This document shows, piece by piece, positions 13,340 through 27,400 of a DNA stretch of 64,000 nt. Every line of letters starts with the position of its first letter. Within the stretch, counting starts at the first letter, position 1. This DNA is from Octopus vulgaris (taxonomy: Eukaryota). The notes under the pieces are model-generated. The model searched no databases. It saw only the letters and a program-made list of their open reading frames with translations, and was not told the DNA's origin. Where the stretch lies: positions 66,154,001 to 66,218,000 of the forward strand of contig OX597822.1 in NCBI GenBank assembly GCA_951406725.2, read 5' to 3'. A program made the translations under genes and the position numbers.

Positions 13340-14629
13340 GGTATTGAATTAGCATTTGTCAAAATCAAGGGTGGTAAACAAAATCCATTATATATCTATA
13401 TATAATTTTATTTACATCAAAGTGTTCGTATTGGATTAGCATTTGTCAAATCAAGGGTGGTAAACAAAATCCATCATGTGATGTCCGTTTTCATTAATGC
13501 ATTTCTCAAGGCGTTTTTGAAGTTGGCCTCCACTCTCTCCGGCATTGCTCTGTCGACTTGGACAACTTCCACGGGGATAACTTCCTTGAAATCGGCCTAT
13601 GTATGGGGCTTATGCGAACACACACGTGTCTTGAGGTTTCCCCGACAAGAAATAATCACACAGGAACAAGTCAGATAGCCAAGGGGACCAAGGAACGTCA
13701 GCAAACCTGGAAATGAGGGAGTCACTGAAGAGCGGGCGCAGACGTCCATTGAAGCTCTGGTTGTGTGTGCTGTCGCCTCATCCTGCTGAAACCACACACG
13801 TCAAATACGCATACGTTTCCGTCGTAATTCAGGCACGAAGATGTTAATCATCTCGATGCAATGCTGGGATTTCAGAGTAACATCATATCTATTATTGTCT
13901 TTAAAAAATTAAGGACCAATGACGGCAGCTTTTCCAACAGCTTGTCCGACCGTCAGTGTTGGCCTGTGCGGTGGTCTTTCGTGCAGTTCTCTCGGATTTT
14001 CAAGAGCCCAATAATGACAGTAATTGTTGATTTACCATGCCATTGATATGAAAATAAGCTTCGTCTCTCATTAACAAAATGAATTTGTCATTTGCCTCAA
14101 GAATTGCTTCCATCTGACGTGTGAAGTTAGGCCACTGGTCTCAACTGTTACCCAATGACCTATGTACAGGTGGTTATGCGAGTCTTCATGCAAAGTACAT
14201 CTTACCGGTCGATTACCAATGTCAAGTTCAGTGAAATGCCTCCGATCAAAGCGATTCGGACTCCGTATCAAAGCTTGTTTGTTGCGTTCTACATTTTCCG
14301 GGGCCATACCTATCCATTCGTGTGCCTCGTGTACGCAGTGCATTCACCCAACATAAGATTGTGTTACGGGTCGGAACAGTCTGATTTCGGTGACTGATGA
14401 AGTGGCGCCGAAACTCACGCTGAACTGCTGTGACAGACTCATCATTCTTCACGTAACTCTTGTAGGCAAACACGCGATGCTCTACCGCCCACAGCACCAT
14501 GGCTTCACCTGAAAAGAAAAAAATGCTAAGACTCCACGGACCGAATGGTACCTGACGGAAGTAATCCGTTCGACTGGAGCTTAGTAATAACCATTTCAAA
14601 AACGACTGTCCTCTCTGTGCCACCCTGTA
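13340..14629 (-). mobile_element. Degenerate Tc1/mariner-superfamily transposon (DD41D/rosa-like transposase)
   Basis: N-terminus MVLWAVEHRVFAYKSYVKNDESVTAVQREFRRHF..VPTRNTILCWV, the catalytic motif WFQQDEATAHT, and a frameshifted WPP..DL region. The 5' end reads TA-CAGGGTG at 14621-14629. Many frameshifts; second TIR not recognised. Confidence 0.8.
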
Positions 14630-14692
14630 AATACATACACACACACGCACACATTCACATACACGCACACATTCACACACACACACACACAC

Positions 14693-15253
14693 ACGTAGAC
14701 ATGCAGGAAGTAAATAGATACTTTTATTTTCAAAATCTTTTATTTGATATTAATTGGTTGAAGGAGAGGTTTTCTTCTAGCTGCTCGGGCATAATACCCA
14801 AGCTTATGCAGATATGTCACACACATTCTTGGACTAACTTCTAGCTGTTTTGCAATGTCAGAAGCATTTGAACGGGGCTTGTTTTCCACAATTCTCTTCA
14901 AACAGTCGAGCTTCCTTACCAAGAGACAGGTCGGCCGGGACGAGAATCTGTTGATACTTTTCTTCAGTTTTTGAATTGCACTATAATTCTATTAATAGTA
15001 GCAAGAGGAATTTGAAGATTTTCAGCAATTTTTTTTTGCTGGCTAAAACCAACAATACGACCTCTTTGAAAATCTGACAGTTCTTCTGAACTTTTTGTGC
15101 GTAGCATGGTAACTCTTCGCAAATGTTTAATATAATGGCACCTGGAATTCAAAAGAATAATTACATTGGAAATTCTACACCGCTGAAAACATATTAAGAC
15201 GCTTAGATCAGAAATTATGAAAATTAAATGTATCTATTTACTTCTTGCATGTT

Positions 15254-15259
<6 letters not shown>
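14693..15259 (-). mobile_element. Internally deleted Tc1-family element with both TIRs
   Basis: TIRs ACATGCAGGAAGTAAATAGATAC and GTATCTATTTACTTCTTGCATGT, with TA at the right end. Encodes only paired-like HTH remnants ([12 protein letters not shown]...; ...LHKLGYYARAARRKPLL). Confidence 0.85.
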
Positions 15260-15308
<49 letters not shown>

Positions 15309-15424
15309 CTCACTGTTGCAGCCTATTCCACATTGACATATAAATGATAGATGGGAAAAGTTTCTAGTGTAAGTTCATGGAATCTATTGAGAAACCCCTG
15401 TATAAATATCTCCAGAAATATCCC

Positions 15425-15602
15425 AGGCGCAGGTGTGGCAGTGTGGTACCAGACTTGCTTCCCAAACACATGGTTCCGTGTTCAGCCCCACTGCCTGGCT
15501 CTTTGGGCAAATGCCCTCAGCTATAGCCTCAGACCGACCAAATCCTTTTGAGTGGACTTGGTGGTCGGATATACAGACAAGCCCATCGTATATACATGCG
15601 TG

Positions 15603-15667
<65 letters not shown>

Positions 15668-15846
15668 TGTGTTTGTCTTCTACCTCCACTTGAACAACCA
15701 GTGCAGGTATTTTTACATGCCGGTGAAAAGCGGTTCGGCAAAATATACCGATAGAATAAGTACTAGGCTCTAAATAAAAAAAAGTATTGGGGCACTTTAA
15801 ACGGTGCCCCATCATGGCTGTAGTCTTATGAGTGAAAGAAGTAAAA
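15425..15846 (+). mobile_element. SINE family A copy with internal (TG)n
   Basis: AGGCGCAGGTGTGGCAGTGTGGTA head and CGATAGAATAAGTACTAGGCT...CGGTGCCCCATCATGGC tail. Confidence 0.85.
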
Positions 15847-16492
15847 AAAAAAAAAGGAAAAATAATACATATTGCACTGGAAAATATACACCATGTAAAG
15901 AATAAGTTCGTGAAGTGAAGGACAAAATGTTTTTTGTCGTTTTTAATTTCATTGAATGCAATACTGATCAAAATAACCAATTTCATTACTGTCTTTTTTC
16001 TTGTTTGTTTTAGAAAGACATTTTTTGATCTGTTAGTGTTCAGACAGACACCGGGTCATGTGTTCCGGATAGGTTTCATATGTGTAAATTTGTTTATGCT
16101 TCGATCACGTATACTTGATGATGAATCATAGTCATTAACAAGAAGAGTAGAGGAACAACGTAAACAGCATGAATGGAAAGGAAGGTTGCGATTTCTAACG
16201 GACCTCGGTGTCTGGCATAGGACAAAAGACAGCCAACCAGTAACGGAATTCAATAAAGTCGTACGGAAATTTAACGTCAGTGAGCATGATTATTGATTTA
16301 GAAAGAACAACATAAGTTTCTTTTGTACCGTACTTCTTTAATCGTGCGATAAATAACAAACGTACATCTCCGAAGATATACGCCTGTTACAAAATACGTT
16401 CTACTCTCAATCTAGCTTCCTGCGTGCCAACTTAAATATATACCTAATTATATATCTAGTGTGCTAAATTTCTCTCCCTTCCTTTTTATAAG

Positions 16493-16562
<70 letters not shown>

Positions 16563-16623
16563 TATAATATAATATAATATATGTATATACATATATATAT
16601 ATATACATATACACATACATATA

Positions 16624-16914
16624 CGGGTACTAGACATACCACGAAATCCGTAAACAAACGAGTTAAATAGGTAACCAACGAGATAAAATGGAAAAAGGGA
16701 CAAGAAAACGCATAGAAATGACCCTTCATCACGTGTCGGCTGTCTATCTACTCCTCATTTCGAGCATTCAACAACATAAGGCTTCGAAGACAGTTGCACC
16801 CAAAAATTCTAAAAAAAATTAGGATTTAGGATTTATGGAGGGTCAAAGTTGGGAACAAAAATATGACAGTGAAGACATACAAGGAAACCGAACGGAAACA
16901 AACTTGGAGGGACA
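16624..16914 (-). mobile_element. Unclassified ~290-bp repeat-like insert between TA-rich microsatellites (possible PLE pLTR)
   Basis: Complex sequence bounded by TA tracts. The minus strand carries CTGTCT/AGACAG pairing potential plus CTCGAAA and GTGATGA motifs, but not in canonical hammerhead order. Confidence 0.35.
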
Positions 16915-17048
16915 TATATTTCTATATATATACGTGCATATACGGCAACTGAAAGACGTCCACCGTACACACACACACACACATACACACACACTTATAT
17001 ATATCTAATACATATACATACACACAGACACATACACACACACACACA

Positions 17049-17102
<54 letters not shown>

Positions 17103-17191
17103 CATACCTATCTTTCTTATTTTCTCCCTTCACATCTATCTACCAATTAATCTATCTATCATCTATCTATTTAACTAACTAACTATCTATC

Positions 17192-18417
<1,226 letters not shown>

Positions 18418-18631
18418 ATTCTCACAATGGACGGACGCTAGTCATATCGGCTCCACGTAAGTTGGCCACTTTTACATGTTTAAAACTCCTTGTTGTCAAA
18501 TATTTTGTTTTAATCGTTGTGCAAGTTCATTCACTAAAAAACCTGAGAATTATTCATAGAATTCCGCCCCTGTATGGGCGAAATTACAAAAAACTTTCAA
18601 AACTTTCGTGAGTTTTTAGCCATTTTTCATT

Positions 18632-20634
18632 TTGAAAATGGCAACTAGAAACCACGTGGCTAGCCCGCCAGTCATGCAGAACGGTAGCAAAACACTATTG
18701 CTACCACTAGCTGCTAAACATCGCAGCGTGAACACCGCTGTCACCACCATCACCACCACCAACAACAACAACAACAAAACTAACGTCGCATTCACCATCG
18801 CCGCGACCAAAGACATTAACTTAGATTTCCCCTCACTCCCCACACCACTTGTTGATGATAAAGGGACAGAGAAAGGGATTTCAAAAATGAATACAAACGA
18901 AAACATGAATGCCAGCACCACCACCATCACCAACAACAACAACAACAACGAAATTGGCACAAAACCGCCTACCAAAGACAACACCGCCAACACCAACACC
19001 ACTACTACGACGTCAGATGCTACATCTAAGCCTTCTGCTGCTAATACCGCCAACACCAACACCACTACCATGACTTCACCTGCCACAATTAACACTTCTA
19101 CTGCCAAATTCAAAACGAATTTTGCGGACGTAACAAAACAAAAAAGAACAATTGTAACATTCACCACACAAGAGATAAACCGCACAAAGGCACTCTTCTC
19201 CAAAGAAGGAGACAAATTGCACCTTCACATTCCACAACACATCGTGGAAAACACACAAAAAAAAACAATAATTTATAAAGTAATAAACAAGAAAACAAGA
19301 AGAACAGAAAATGCACCGCAGGAAAAATCGAAAAATGCCTTCGTCCTGCATGGGACTCCAAGGAATATATCAGTTGGGGAAACAAATTTGGTACAGTCCA
19401 AGTACGTTTCCTCAACGAAAGTTTAGCAAAACGTTTTTCCACATTGGAGCTGCATTCGGACGACTTGGTAATGATACCAGTCTATTTAAACAAAAGGGTC
19501 ACGAAAGTCCAAATAAAAAACATACCATTTGAAGTCGAAACACAATGGTTGGTCTCTGCCATCTGCTTTGAAATGACAGAGACAATGTCAGAGACAAACA
19601 TCCTGGAAATCGCTGTTCTAGGAGAGAAAGACTATGTGGGCAAATCAATCGAATTCCTGCTTCAATTGGATGAAGCAGCAAGAGAGAAGATACCCACCGC
19701 TATAGAACTGCCAGGAGGCTACAAACTCTATATAGTGGTAGAGGGCAGGCGACCACGCTGCTATTTGTGTGGAAGCGAAACACACTTGAAAAAGACGTGC
19801 CCAACCACTGCACACCAAGAGCAACAACAACAACCACTACCACAACCAAAGCACTCCGGAAAAAAAGCTCTACTACCCACACCACCATCAACACAGAAGA
19901 CGACAAGAGAAGCACACCAAGCTAATCCGTCATCAACCAAAAACCACTCAACACCTGAAAAAATACCAACACCACCAACAACAGCAAAACCCAAAGGAAC
20001 AGAAAAACAAAGAAAACACACACAAACTGATCCCCCATCCCTTATACCGCACTCAACACACACAAACACTCAACAACCAACAACAACGAAAACAACAACA
20101 CAACCACTTACACAGACATACATAGAAGCCCACAACATACCCCTACCCCCTACTAATTCCTCAGAAATTTCGTCGGAAGACGAAACCAGTGAGGAATGGC
20201 AAATAGCTACAAAAAGAAGGAAAATAAAGAGCAGAAACACAACCAAACCAAATGCAAACACGAACAAAGCAGGGGGAAATACATCTCACGAAGACATTTC
20301 AAAACCCAACGCAAACAACAGCCACACCAACACCACAAAAATATATACAGCAAACATGCTCACAGCTATAGACACCAAAAACACAAATTTGATGGAATAC
20401 GTCCAAACAAAAACAAACATAACAGAAGATGACATAAAAACAAACAATCACCCATACACAACACCACCAGACCACATCAAAATATTACACATCTCCAAAA
20501 GTCTGCACCACACACTCAAAGGCATTTTCCCCAGCGCGGTTGGTAAATGCCAAAAATATCTCACAAAGAAACTGTACTGGGATCTCCTCGAGGACAAACC
20601 AAAGGAGGAGAAAGCAAAAACTTTCGAGCAGTAA
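18632..20634 (+). CDS. Retrotransposon ORF1 (nucleic-acid chaperone) protein, one -1 frameshift near 19323-19327
   Basis: Adding one A to the A-run joins ...ENAPQEK to IEKCLRPAWDSKEYISWGNKFGTVQVRF...IPVYLNKRVTKVQIKNIP, continuing to zinc knuckle CYLCGSETHLKKTC (CX2CX4HX4C) and a Thr/Pro-rich tail. Confidence 0.75.
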
Positions 20635-20678
20635 GTAACCCTCTGTTCCTTTCACTTGTATTCTAATTCATTAGGACT

Positions 20679-21263
20679 ATGATCAAGATTGGTTGTGTAA
20701 ATGCGCGTGGCTTGGGGTCCCCTTGGAAACAAGGGTACCTCTTAAATGACATAAAGTCACATAAGTTAGAAATCATAGCCATAATTGAGACCAGACTCCA
20801 CAATCCGCGGGCCCTAAAGACCATGTTTGGCGGACAGTTCAACATTTATTTTTTCCCCTGTCTGCCGAGAATGGGCGGTAGTGGCACCGCGGTACTTTTT
20901 CACAAGAGTCTGGATCTCAAAGTAAGGACAATATTCGTAGACCCGGAGGGTAGACTGGTCGTCCTGGATGTCGACGGCAGCAATGGGTGCGCTTTTCGAC
21001 TCGTATCAGTCTACGCACCGCCCTTAACAGTCGGTTTATCAGCTATGGCGAAAGAATGTATCTGGTGGACGCGTCTGAAAGGATTGGAGACAAACACTTT
21101 CCTCTCTGGTCAATCTCTCATCAACCTCTTCAAGTACCACTTGAAAAGGAAAGTGAGAGTAGAGAGGCAAGTTTTGTCTAGCGAATGTTTTAAAAAAAGA
21201 TGGGTGAATGTAGCAAGAATGGCACGTATGAATGACGAAGCCACCTTGAGCATGATCCTATGA
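20679..21263 (+). CDS. Truncated ORF2: APE endonuclease N-half fused in frame to the ORF2 C-terminus
   Basis: IGCVNARGL, IIETRL, GTAVLF, DPEGRLVVL and LVSVYAP are L1/Tx1 APE motifs. They are followed directly by AKECIWWTR...FKKRW, a Tx1/L1 C-terminal motif. No RT motifs. Confidence 0.75.
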   Translation: MIKIGCVNARGLGSPWKQGYLLNDIKSHKLEIIAIIETRLHNPRALKTMFGGQFNIYFFPCLPRMGGSGTAVLFHKSLDLKVRTIFVDPEGRLVVLDVDGSNGCAFRLVSVYAPPLTVGLSAMAKECIWWTRLKGLETNTFLSGQSLINLFKYHLKRKVRVERQVLSSECFKKRWVNVARMARMNDEATLSMIL

Positions 21264-21644
21264 ACCCAGAAATTGAAAACAGAGAGTTGCTTATTTGCAA
21301 AAAAAAAAAAAAAGAAATATAACATGTGACTCCATTGACCGAGGTTACCGTGGTCTTTTCCGTAGGCTTTTCTTTCCACGGGTAAACCTCACCTGTCCTC
21401 CCCTTTACACTTCATATTGACATTTCTGTGATAACGATCCCTATTGATCAATTTTTTTTTTTTCCTCTCCCCCTTTTTTTTTAACCCCCCTTTTTTTGTC
21501 CTCTTTCTCTCCTTTTACGATCCCTTTTGATCGAAACCCCACTTGCTTTTTTTTTTTTTTTTTTTTTTTAAACCTTAAAAAGAAAAGCTCTACCTTGTAA
21601 TTTGTTCTATCTGTGTGCAGCCCTATGTGGCTAATAAAGAAACA

Positions 21645-21725
<81 letters not shown>

Positions 21726-22282
21726 GAATTATTTATGAATAAATACATTGTTTATTAGCTTGAAAACAATAATCAAGATAATAAATTCAGAAACTAGTTA
21801 TAAATTTTACATAACACGTATGTAGGATATTGAATAAAAAATATCGAATAAATTGAAGGTAAATGAAAATTTTAATTAGCGATATAATCTCTATGCGCTT
21901 TCTAGCATTAAATGAATATATATAATCCTAATTGGTTTATATCACAAAGGTTTAAGATTCCAAGCTCATTCTGCCAGAATGCACATTGCTAGTTTTTGTA
22001 TTTTTTTCTTAGTATACATTGTAAATAAACAAAATCTTATACGAGAATGATTCATTCATATATATATACATAAATAAAAATCTATGTGTGAGTTTGTATC
22101 AGTGTGTGCGTATGTGTGTTTGAATGTGTGCATGTGTGTATATATATGTATACGTATCTATTTGTGTATATACATGCATATCTATCTAACTATCGATCTA
22201 TCTATCTATCTATCTATCTATTTATCTATCTATCTCTATATATATACATATATATATATATATATGTATGTATGTATGTATG

Positions 22283-22322
<40 letters not shown>

Positions 22323-22377
22323 AAGCGATATGGAAAGGGACAGATAAGAGATTATGTATTACACACGCATATGTATA

Positions 22378-22421
<44 letters not shown>

Positions 22422-22425
22422 TAAA

Positions 22426-22760
22426 AGACCCCCTTCGGTCATGAATGACCATGGGATTGCACCTAGAAAGTTACCCTCCTAGACACAAGTCCGGGCAAGG
22501 TTGTTTATGGAAGGCCAGCAGTCGCCCATGCATACCAGCCTCCCCTCTCCACGCCACCAGTGTTATCCAAGGGAAAGACAACAGCCGATACAGCTTGGCA
22601 CCAGTGACGTTGCAACTCATTTCTACAGCTGAGTGAACTGGAGCAACGTGAAATAAAGTGCCTTGCTCGAGAACACAACACGCAGCCCGGTCCGGGATTC
22701 GAGCTCACAACCTCACGATCGTAAGCTCGTCGCTCTAACCACTGAGCCATGCGCCTTCAC
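22426..22760 (-). mobile_element. SINE family C, full length
   Basis: tRNA-like head GGCGCATGGCTCAGTGGTTAGAGCG...GCTCGAATCCCGG, central GAGCAAGGCACTTTATTTCAC..CCAGTTCACTCAGCTG domain, and a distinct 3' tail ending in TA repeats. Confidence 0.9.
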
Positions 22761-22773
22761 TAAATTTCACTAT

Positions 22774-22827
<54 letters not shown>

Positions 22828-23008
22828 GTATGTGTGTGTGTGTGTGTGTGTATTTATAGTGAAGGAGAGAGAGACTGAGAGATACACGTTCCTATAATCT
22901 CAATTAAATATAAACATTTAAGTGTTTACGAATCGATATGTAATATTACATATGTACACATGTATATAATTATATGATTGAACTTATGCGCATATATACG
23001 TATATTTC

Positions 23009-23040
<32 letters not shown>

Positions 23041-23719
23041 ATAAATATATATATGTATATATATACATATAAATATATATATAGAAGCACACATGCTTAC
23101 GTTTAGAAAGGTAGATATATACATACATGTATAAACACACACATATATACATACACGCTCACACATATGTATATACATATAAATGAACATATCTTTATAT
23201 GTGTCTCTCTGTGCCTCACTGTATATGAAAACGCTCATGTATGTATATCTTGTATTTATTTAAAAGGTACTTTTGAATATCCGAAATAGTTAAATAAACA
23301 TTCAAATACGGAAGTTATTTTCAAACAATTATAGTAAACATCAATTTCATTTGCTTCCGATAAACACGCACACTCACATACACACATAAATGACAAAGCC
23401 ACACACACATACACACACACATAAACACACATGAAAACACACACACACATTGGCACTAATACCCACGCACATTTATATATTTTTAAGGAGAGATAGAGAA
23501 AGAGTGAGAGAATTATAGAGGTTCATAGACAGAGAGAGAGAGAGAGAGAGGGAGAGTAACAGAATGAGAGAGTAAGAGAGATAGAGAGAGAGAGGAAGAG
23601 GAGGAGAAACTGAGATAGATTTATAGATTAGTATATAGGCGTATCATTCTGAATGTGTCCATTTCTGAAATTTTGCGTAGAAATGTGGTAATTTATATGA
23701 AATGGCAATATAGAAAATG

Positions 23720-24026
<307 letters not shown>

Positions 24027-24028
<2 letters not shown>

Positions 24029-24115
24029 CGCTGGAGTGCTTGGGTTTAGTCCCACTGCGTGGCACCTTGTCTTCTACTAAAGCCTTCTACTATAGCTTTT
24101 GAAAGAAGCCCGTCT
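24027..24115 (+). mobile_element. Heavily deleted SINE family A head
   Basis: GGCGCTGGAGTG..TTTAGTCCCACTGCGTGGCACCTTG..TTCTACTATAGC..GAAAGAAGCCCGTC. Confidence 0.7.
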
Positions 24116-24127
24116 TACACACACACA

Positions 24128-24176
<49 letters not shown>

Positions 24177-24180
24177 AAAT

Positions 24181-24220
<40 letters not shown>

Positions 24221-25328
24221 TGTTTTCCTTTGTAACCAAGATAAGGTCATATTTCTTTGACCATACATATATTAAATTTCGTAGTACATTTAATGCCATA
24301 CGTTTTGCTAGATATTAGAGGCTAAATTTTCTAGTATAGTCAGCTATATTTCAGAACGCAGCATTTGTTTTGAGGAAAACTAGGTTTCTGCTTCTAGTAA
24401 GCTCGAACTATAAGCGTCTCAAGCAAACATACTAAAGAAATTGCTTTCGGTTTTCGCCCCATCATATTCTGCATTAGCTTTACCGCTCATCAGATTGAGG
24501 TCTATGAAATATCATGCATGCAATATAATGGAAACTAAGCCAAATCGGGTAAAATAAATCAAAGCAAACTAGTCTTCATATCTTATAATTCTTTGAACAT
24601 CATAAATTTCTGGCTTATTCTTTTACGCATTTACCTCATTCATCAGGAAACGTATAAAATGACTTTTGCATATGATTTTTATATATACAGTGATATTTCT
24701 TCGTAAAAATGTAACCAAACGTACCCTGAATAACTAAATCGCGAATTTTATACAACTTTTATTTCAGTTTAATTGCTTTTCTTCCTTTTACAGAGTTATA
24801 TATTTAACCTAGTTATATGAAATAGATCTTAAAAATTTGTTCAATGTCTTCATTATCCTTTAAATTTCAACTAGCCTTCCTCTTTATATTTGAGTCAATA
24901 TATGTCATACTTATAATAAGCTATTATTGAAATACAGAATATAATGTTTTAATGTTTATATAAAGAAAAACATTAATCAAATCATCAGGCATTGCGTGAT
25001 GCACGTTAATAATCGATAATATTTATTAAGTATACCAGGCTCCTCTCATAGATTGAGGTCCATAATTACCGTTGAAGTGTCAGTCTCTATATGGATTTAA
25101 AAGCTTATCCTTCAAAATTATCCCATAATGTTAAGAAACAAGTACTCACTCATTCAATTACGTTCTATTTCTTCTTGTGTTCCTTATCCAAATATAAATG
25201 AAACTCTAAGAATAAGCTTTCATTGTAATTCCTTGTTGCATAACTAATTTATTCATTAAATTTACATACCAAACAGAAATGCCTATGATTGTACATTAGC
25301 CAAATTGAGTTCTTTATATTCATTTCTC

Positions 25329-25740
25329 AGGCGAGCTGGCAGAAACGTTAGCACACCAGGCGAAATACTTAGCGGTATTTCGTCTGCCGCTACGTTCTGA
25401 GTTCAAATTCCGCCGAGGTCGACTTTGCCTTTCGTCCTTTCTGGGTCGATTAAATAAGTACCAGTTACACACTGGGGTCGATATAATCAACTTAATCCGT
25501 TTGTCTGTCCTCGCTGTCCTCTCTGTGTTTAGCCCCTTGTGGGTAGTAAAGAAATAGGTATTTCGTCTGCCGTTATTTTCTGAGTTCAAATTCCTCCGAG
25601 GTCGACTTTACCTTTCATCCTTTCGGGGTTGAATAAATAAGTACCAGTTACGCACTGGGGTCGACGTAATCGACTTAATCCCTTTGTCTGTCCTTGTTTG
25701 TCCCCTCTATGTTTAGCCCTCTGTGAGGAATAAAGAAATA
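25329..25740 (+). mobile_element. SINE family B, dimeric copy
   Basis: GGCGAGCTGGCAGAAACGTTAGC head and two tandem units ending TAAAGAAATA. Confidence 0.9.
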
Positions 25741-26449
25741 TATATTTATTTCTTAGAATTCTAGTTGCTATGATCAGGCACGTTCAAATAGTTAGCCCTG
25801 TATTGAACGTTTTTGAAAGCAACACACAAAATTTGTTTACTTTCATAACTTTTCCAGCAAAAGCATCGATATTATTGTTCCCATATAAATTTAATCTAAC
25901 TATTTAATACGGAAGACAAGATCTACAAAAAGAAAAGAAAGAAACAAAACAAAACAGAAACTAATATGGCGTGTATTTGATTTTGTTAGACCTCATGAGA
26001 GATCATTCAACAGCTTTTGGGTTCAAATAAGAAGAAAATATCCGCCGGCTCTTAAACCATTATTCTTTCCATACAAAAAAATTAAAATTCTGAAACAAAG
26101 AGAGAACTTTAATGAACCAAAAACACAATTATATACTAAGTAGACTTTACAAAACCACTGATTCTTATCATTCATAAAGAAAATATTTCAAGAAAACGAT
26201 TTAGAAACTATGTGAGGAGATAAGTAAACAAAATCAACAAATCAATTTTAATCACGTCTTTGATGATAGAACTTGACGATTCACTCCTTAACGCTATTTT
26301 GCATTTAATTACTAGAAGCACAATTACGAAAATAAACACTGAATTAAAGTAATTAGCCATACTGAATCCAGCACAGGAATATCAATGCTATTAGTTGGAA
26401 AATAATTTACCAACTATAAAGAGACTCACGTTTTGCCGTTCTGCAGTTA

Positions 26450-26884
26450 TACTCTTTTACTCTTTTACTTGTTTCAAGCATTTGACCGTGGCCATGCTGG
26501 AGCACCGCCTTTTTAGTCGAGCAAATCAACCCCAGGACTTATTCTTTGTAAGCTTAGTACTTATTCTATCGGTCTGTTTTTACGAACTGCTAACTTACGG
26601 AGACATAAACACACCACCATCGGTTGTCAAGCGATGTTGGGGGGGGGGCAACCACAGACACACAAACATACACACACACACACACATATACACACAAATA
26701 TATATATATATACATATATACGACGGGCTTCTTTCAGTTTCCGTCTACCAAATCCAATCACAAGGCTTTGGTCAGCCCGAGACTATAGTAGACGACACTT
26801 GCCCAAGGTGCCACGCAGTGGGACTGAACTCGGAACCATGTGGCTCATAAGCAAGCTACTTACCACACAACCACACCTACGCCC
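26450..26884 (-). mobile_element. SINE family A, full length
   Basis: ACTCTTTT tail repeats, family A 3' region, internal (CA)/(TA), and the head at the right end. Confidence 0.9.
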
Positions 26885-27063
26885 ATGTACAAATATATAT
26901 AATGAGATGCAATAGTTTGAATCAATAAGAAATACATTAAATTTTTACTGTTGGATATTAAAGATTGCTTCTCGTCTGTGAATAAATCTTTGCTTCTAAA
27001 TGCCATCTATTTCCTTGTAATTCTTGCAAAATTTATTGATTCCGCAAGCGATATAATTTTATA

Positions 27064-27319
27064 TACTGGTTTGGTGCATAATTATTGTGGCCCGTTTTCA
27101 ACAAATTTTATACAACAAAAACAATAACACCATGTAGCATAAATATCTTTAAATGATTCTTCCGGAGCATATTCACCATCTACTTCAATTACTGCTTCCC
27201 ATTTCCTTGGCAGACTGTCAGATCGTCATTTGAAAATGGTTTTTGTTAAATATTGTTATTGTTTTTGTTGAATAAAATTTGTTGAAAAAAAGGCGCAATA
27301 ATTATGCACCAACGCAATA
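27064..27319. mobile_element. mariner-derived MITE with ~65-bp TIRs
   Basis: TA..TTGGTGCATAATTATTG...CAACAAATTTTAT.CAACAAAAACAATAACA is mirrored at the right end. Internal minus-strand remnant LPRKWEAVIEVDGEYAPE matches a mariner C-terminus. Confidence 0.85.
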
Positions 27320-27400
27320 CAATTAAATCCATTTGATTTTACAAACAGTTCAAATCCGATATGAGAACAAAAAATATGCGAATATTTCTGCTGAGATTAC

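Larger units (their letters stand above)
18418..21644 (+). mobile_element. Tx1/L1-clade non-LTR retrotransposon, full-length ends, RT deleted
   Basis: 5' UTR, ORF1 with CCHC knuckle, ORF2 starting with an APE domain, pyrimidine-rich 3' UTR and AATAAA at 21633-21638. Embedded in (TATC)n. Confidence 0.85.

Noticed and set aside
14394-14430. CTGATGA...GAAAC hammerhead-like spacing
   Set aside because: It lies on the antisense strand of a transposase relic and stems I and III cannot be formed.
18616-20267. Antisense V/L-rich ORFs over the Tx1 ORF1
   Set aside because: They are shadows of the A/C-rich sense strand.
22690-22757. tRNA-like sequence with A and B boxes
   Set aside because: The acceptor stem does not close and the sequence continues into the SINE body, so it is a SINE head, not a tRNA gene.
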